This document shows, piece after piece, positions 40,424-41,941 of a stretch of DNA of 41,941 nt. The DNA is from an uncultured bacterium (GTDB lineage: Bacteria; DYJV01), in the NCBI GenBank assembly GCA_964543655.1, contig CAZIZE010000001.1, positions 1 through 41,941 on the forward strand, given 5' to 3'. Within the stretch, counting starts at the first letter, position 1; each line of letters opens with the position of its first letter. A program made the translations under genes and the position numbers. A model generated the notes under the pieces. It did no database searches. It saw nothing but the letters and a program-made list of their open reading frames with translations, and had not been told where the DNA came from.

Positions 40424-40800
40424 TCACCTCTTTCCTCTAACACCTCTTTTAAACATTTTAAAGCACTGTTTACTATTGGCATACCACCATAAATTCCCAT
40501 TTGAAATATAACTTCTGCAACTTCTTCAGCAGTGCAACCAACATTTAATGCAGCATAAATATGAAGTTTTAATTCTTCACTTCTTTCAAGAACTGTTAAT
40601 CCAGCAACTGCTACTAATTGCCTAATTTTATGAGGAATCTTTTCCCTTGCATACATCTGTCCTGTAATAAAGAGAGAAAGGTCTTTTGCAAGATTTTTAT
40701 CAAAAGTCCGCCATAATTCATATGGTCTCTCTCCTTTGTATCCATCAAAATAAAGCTTGGCAGTTTTAGCTGTTTTCTCTTTTAAATCTTCTCTACTCAT
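40396..40800 (-). CDS. Carboxymuconolactone decarboxylase/AhpD-like family protein
   Basis: RQLVAVAGL, ELKLH..AAL..G.T.EEV.EV....YGG.P; ATG 40800 with SD ggagg. Confidence 0.85.
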   Translation of the reverse strand: MSREDLKEKTAKTAKLYFDGYKGERPYELWRTFDKNLAKDLSLFITGQMYAREKIPHKIRQLVAVAGLTVLERSEELKLHIYAALNVGCTAEEVAEVIFQMGIYGGMPIVNSALKCLKEVLEERGEWEDFLKKQ

Positions 40801-40860
40801 TTTTTCCTCCAATTTTTTTTAATCTAATACAACAAAAAAAAATAAATTTCAAAAAATTTA

Positions 40861-40889
40861 TTGACTTAAAATTATAAAACTATTAATAT
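40861..40889 (+). promoter_or_regulatory. Putative sigma70 promoter for Zn-ribbon gene and ssb
   Basis: TTGACT, 17 bp, TAATAT, ending 7 bp before the ATG at 40897. No SD, so the mRNA may be leaderless. Confidence 0.45.
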
Positions 40890-40896
40890 TCAATTT

Positions 40897-41310
40897 ATGA
40901 AGTGCAACAAATGCAATTTTACTACTTTTGATGGCTACGAATTCTGCCCTAATTGTAACAACGACTTTTCCTCTGCGCAAAAAAAGCTTCATATTATCCC
41001 TTACAACATTACAGATGAAAACAACTACCTTATTGAAGTGGAAGAACCTGTTGAAAATAATATTGAGGAGATTCATATTGAAGAGCCTGTTTCTGAGCAG
41101 CAAGAGCAGAGTTCATCTGAAGATATTGAGTCTCTTCTTGATACAACAGCAGTAGACAGTAATAAAATTGACGAAGAGGATACAATTAAAATTGATGACA
41201 TTGATATGGAGATAGAACATAACAAAGCTGATGATTCATCAGATGATGATTCCATCTCCTTAGATGATATAAATCTTGATGATTTACTTGAAACCAACAG
41301 AGAGGATTAA
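40897..41310 (+). CDS. Hypothetical protein: N-terminal Zn ribbon plus highly acidic tail
   Basis: CNKC-x10-CPNC followed by a D/E-rich low-complexity region. Confidence 0.75.
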   Translation: MKCNKCNFTTFDGYEFCPNCNNDFSSAQKKLHIIPYNITDENNYLIEVEEPVENNIEEIHIEEPVSEQQEQSSSEDIESLLDTTAVDSNKIDEEDTIKIDDIDMEIEHNKADDSSDDDSISLDDINLDDLLETNRED

Positions 41311-41312
41311 TT

Positions 41313-41732
41313 ATGGCGAGAACATTAAATAAAGTTATGCTTATTGGGAGATTAGGTAGAGATCCAGAGGTTAGATATACCACAGATGGACTGGCAATAG
41401 CTAATCTTACTGTTGCTACTGATGAAAGTTATAAAGATAAAAGTGGCAATATCCAATCTAAAACAGAATGGCACAGAGTGGTATGTTTTGGCAGGCTCGC
41501 TGAGATTTGCGGAGAATATTTAACAAAGGGAAGGTTAATATATATTGAAGGCAGACTACAGACAAGAAGCTGGACAGACCAGCAAAGTGGTGATAAAAGG
41601 TACACCACAGAGATTGTTGCGTCAAATATGTTTATGTTAGAATCAAAAGGAAGCACCTCAGAAAAAATTACTTCACCTGATATAGACACATTATCACCAG
41701 ATACTAATAATGACGATGATATACCTTTTTAA
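41313..41732 (+). CDS. ssb: Single-stranded DNA-binding protein
   Basis: [29 protein letters not shown]-terminal DDDIPF. Confidence 0.97.
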   Translation: MARTLNKVMLIGRLGRDPEVRYTTDGLAIANLTVATDESYKDKSGNIQSKTEWHRVVCFGRLAEICGEYLTKGRLIYIEGRLQTRSWTDQQSGDKRYTTEIVASNMFMLESKGSTSEKITSPDIDTLSPDTNNDDDIPF

Positions 41733-41941
41733 AATATAGGTCAAACAGTGCACCTTTCAACTTTTTTGTTAATTACTCAAGTTTAGCATCAAAATAGTTT
41801 AGTATGAAAAATAAATTACTATTTACTAACTCTAAAGATTTTGCTTTTTGAAAAATTTATTTAGAGATTAGCTCAATAAAAACACTTAGTTATAAAACAA
41901 AAACAAACATTATTGCGCCAACCTCTCTGGCGTTTTTTCAC

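Noticed and set aside
37916-40860. Moco riboswitch upstream of the moa genes
   Set aside because: The genes overlap or have very short gaps, and the only leader (40801-40860) is short A/T-run sequence with no structured element.

Overview
Very AT-rich, gene-dense bacterial chromosome segment from a diderm. Gene content and order (carD-PIN/TRAM-ispD-ispF, lysC-cimA, hup-tRNA-Val-tRNA-Asp, pilC, pyrK-pyrD) look Desulfobacterota/deltaproteobacteria-like; the taxon is inference only. Most of 7-42 kb is housekeeping in scrambled mixed operons. The leftmost 7 kb is the best candidate for a novel system: a large, 5'-truncated, probably extracellular protein with a repeated beta-rich C-terminal domain, a membrane CHASE2 class III adenylate cyclase and a FecR-TPR-beta-barrel outer-membrane protein, closed by an intrinsic terminator. 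This suggests an NsrA/CyaK-like trans-envelope cAMP module with a co-encoded surface partner. Other points of interest: a 53-aa Cys-rich membrane protein missing from the ORF track, an HDOD-PAS-DHp protein with no ATPase domain, an HDAC-family enzyme coupled to a PilZ/pseudo-receiver protein, a split Tol/Ton system, a MoaC with a possible MOSC relic, and several palindromes. No transposase, integrase, prophage, rRNA or CRISPR array was seen.
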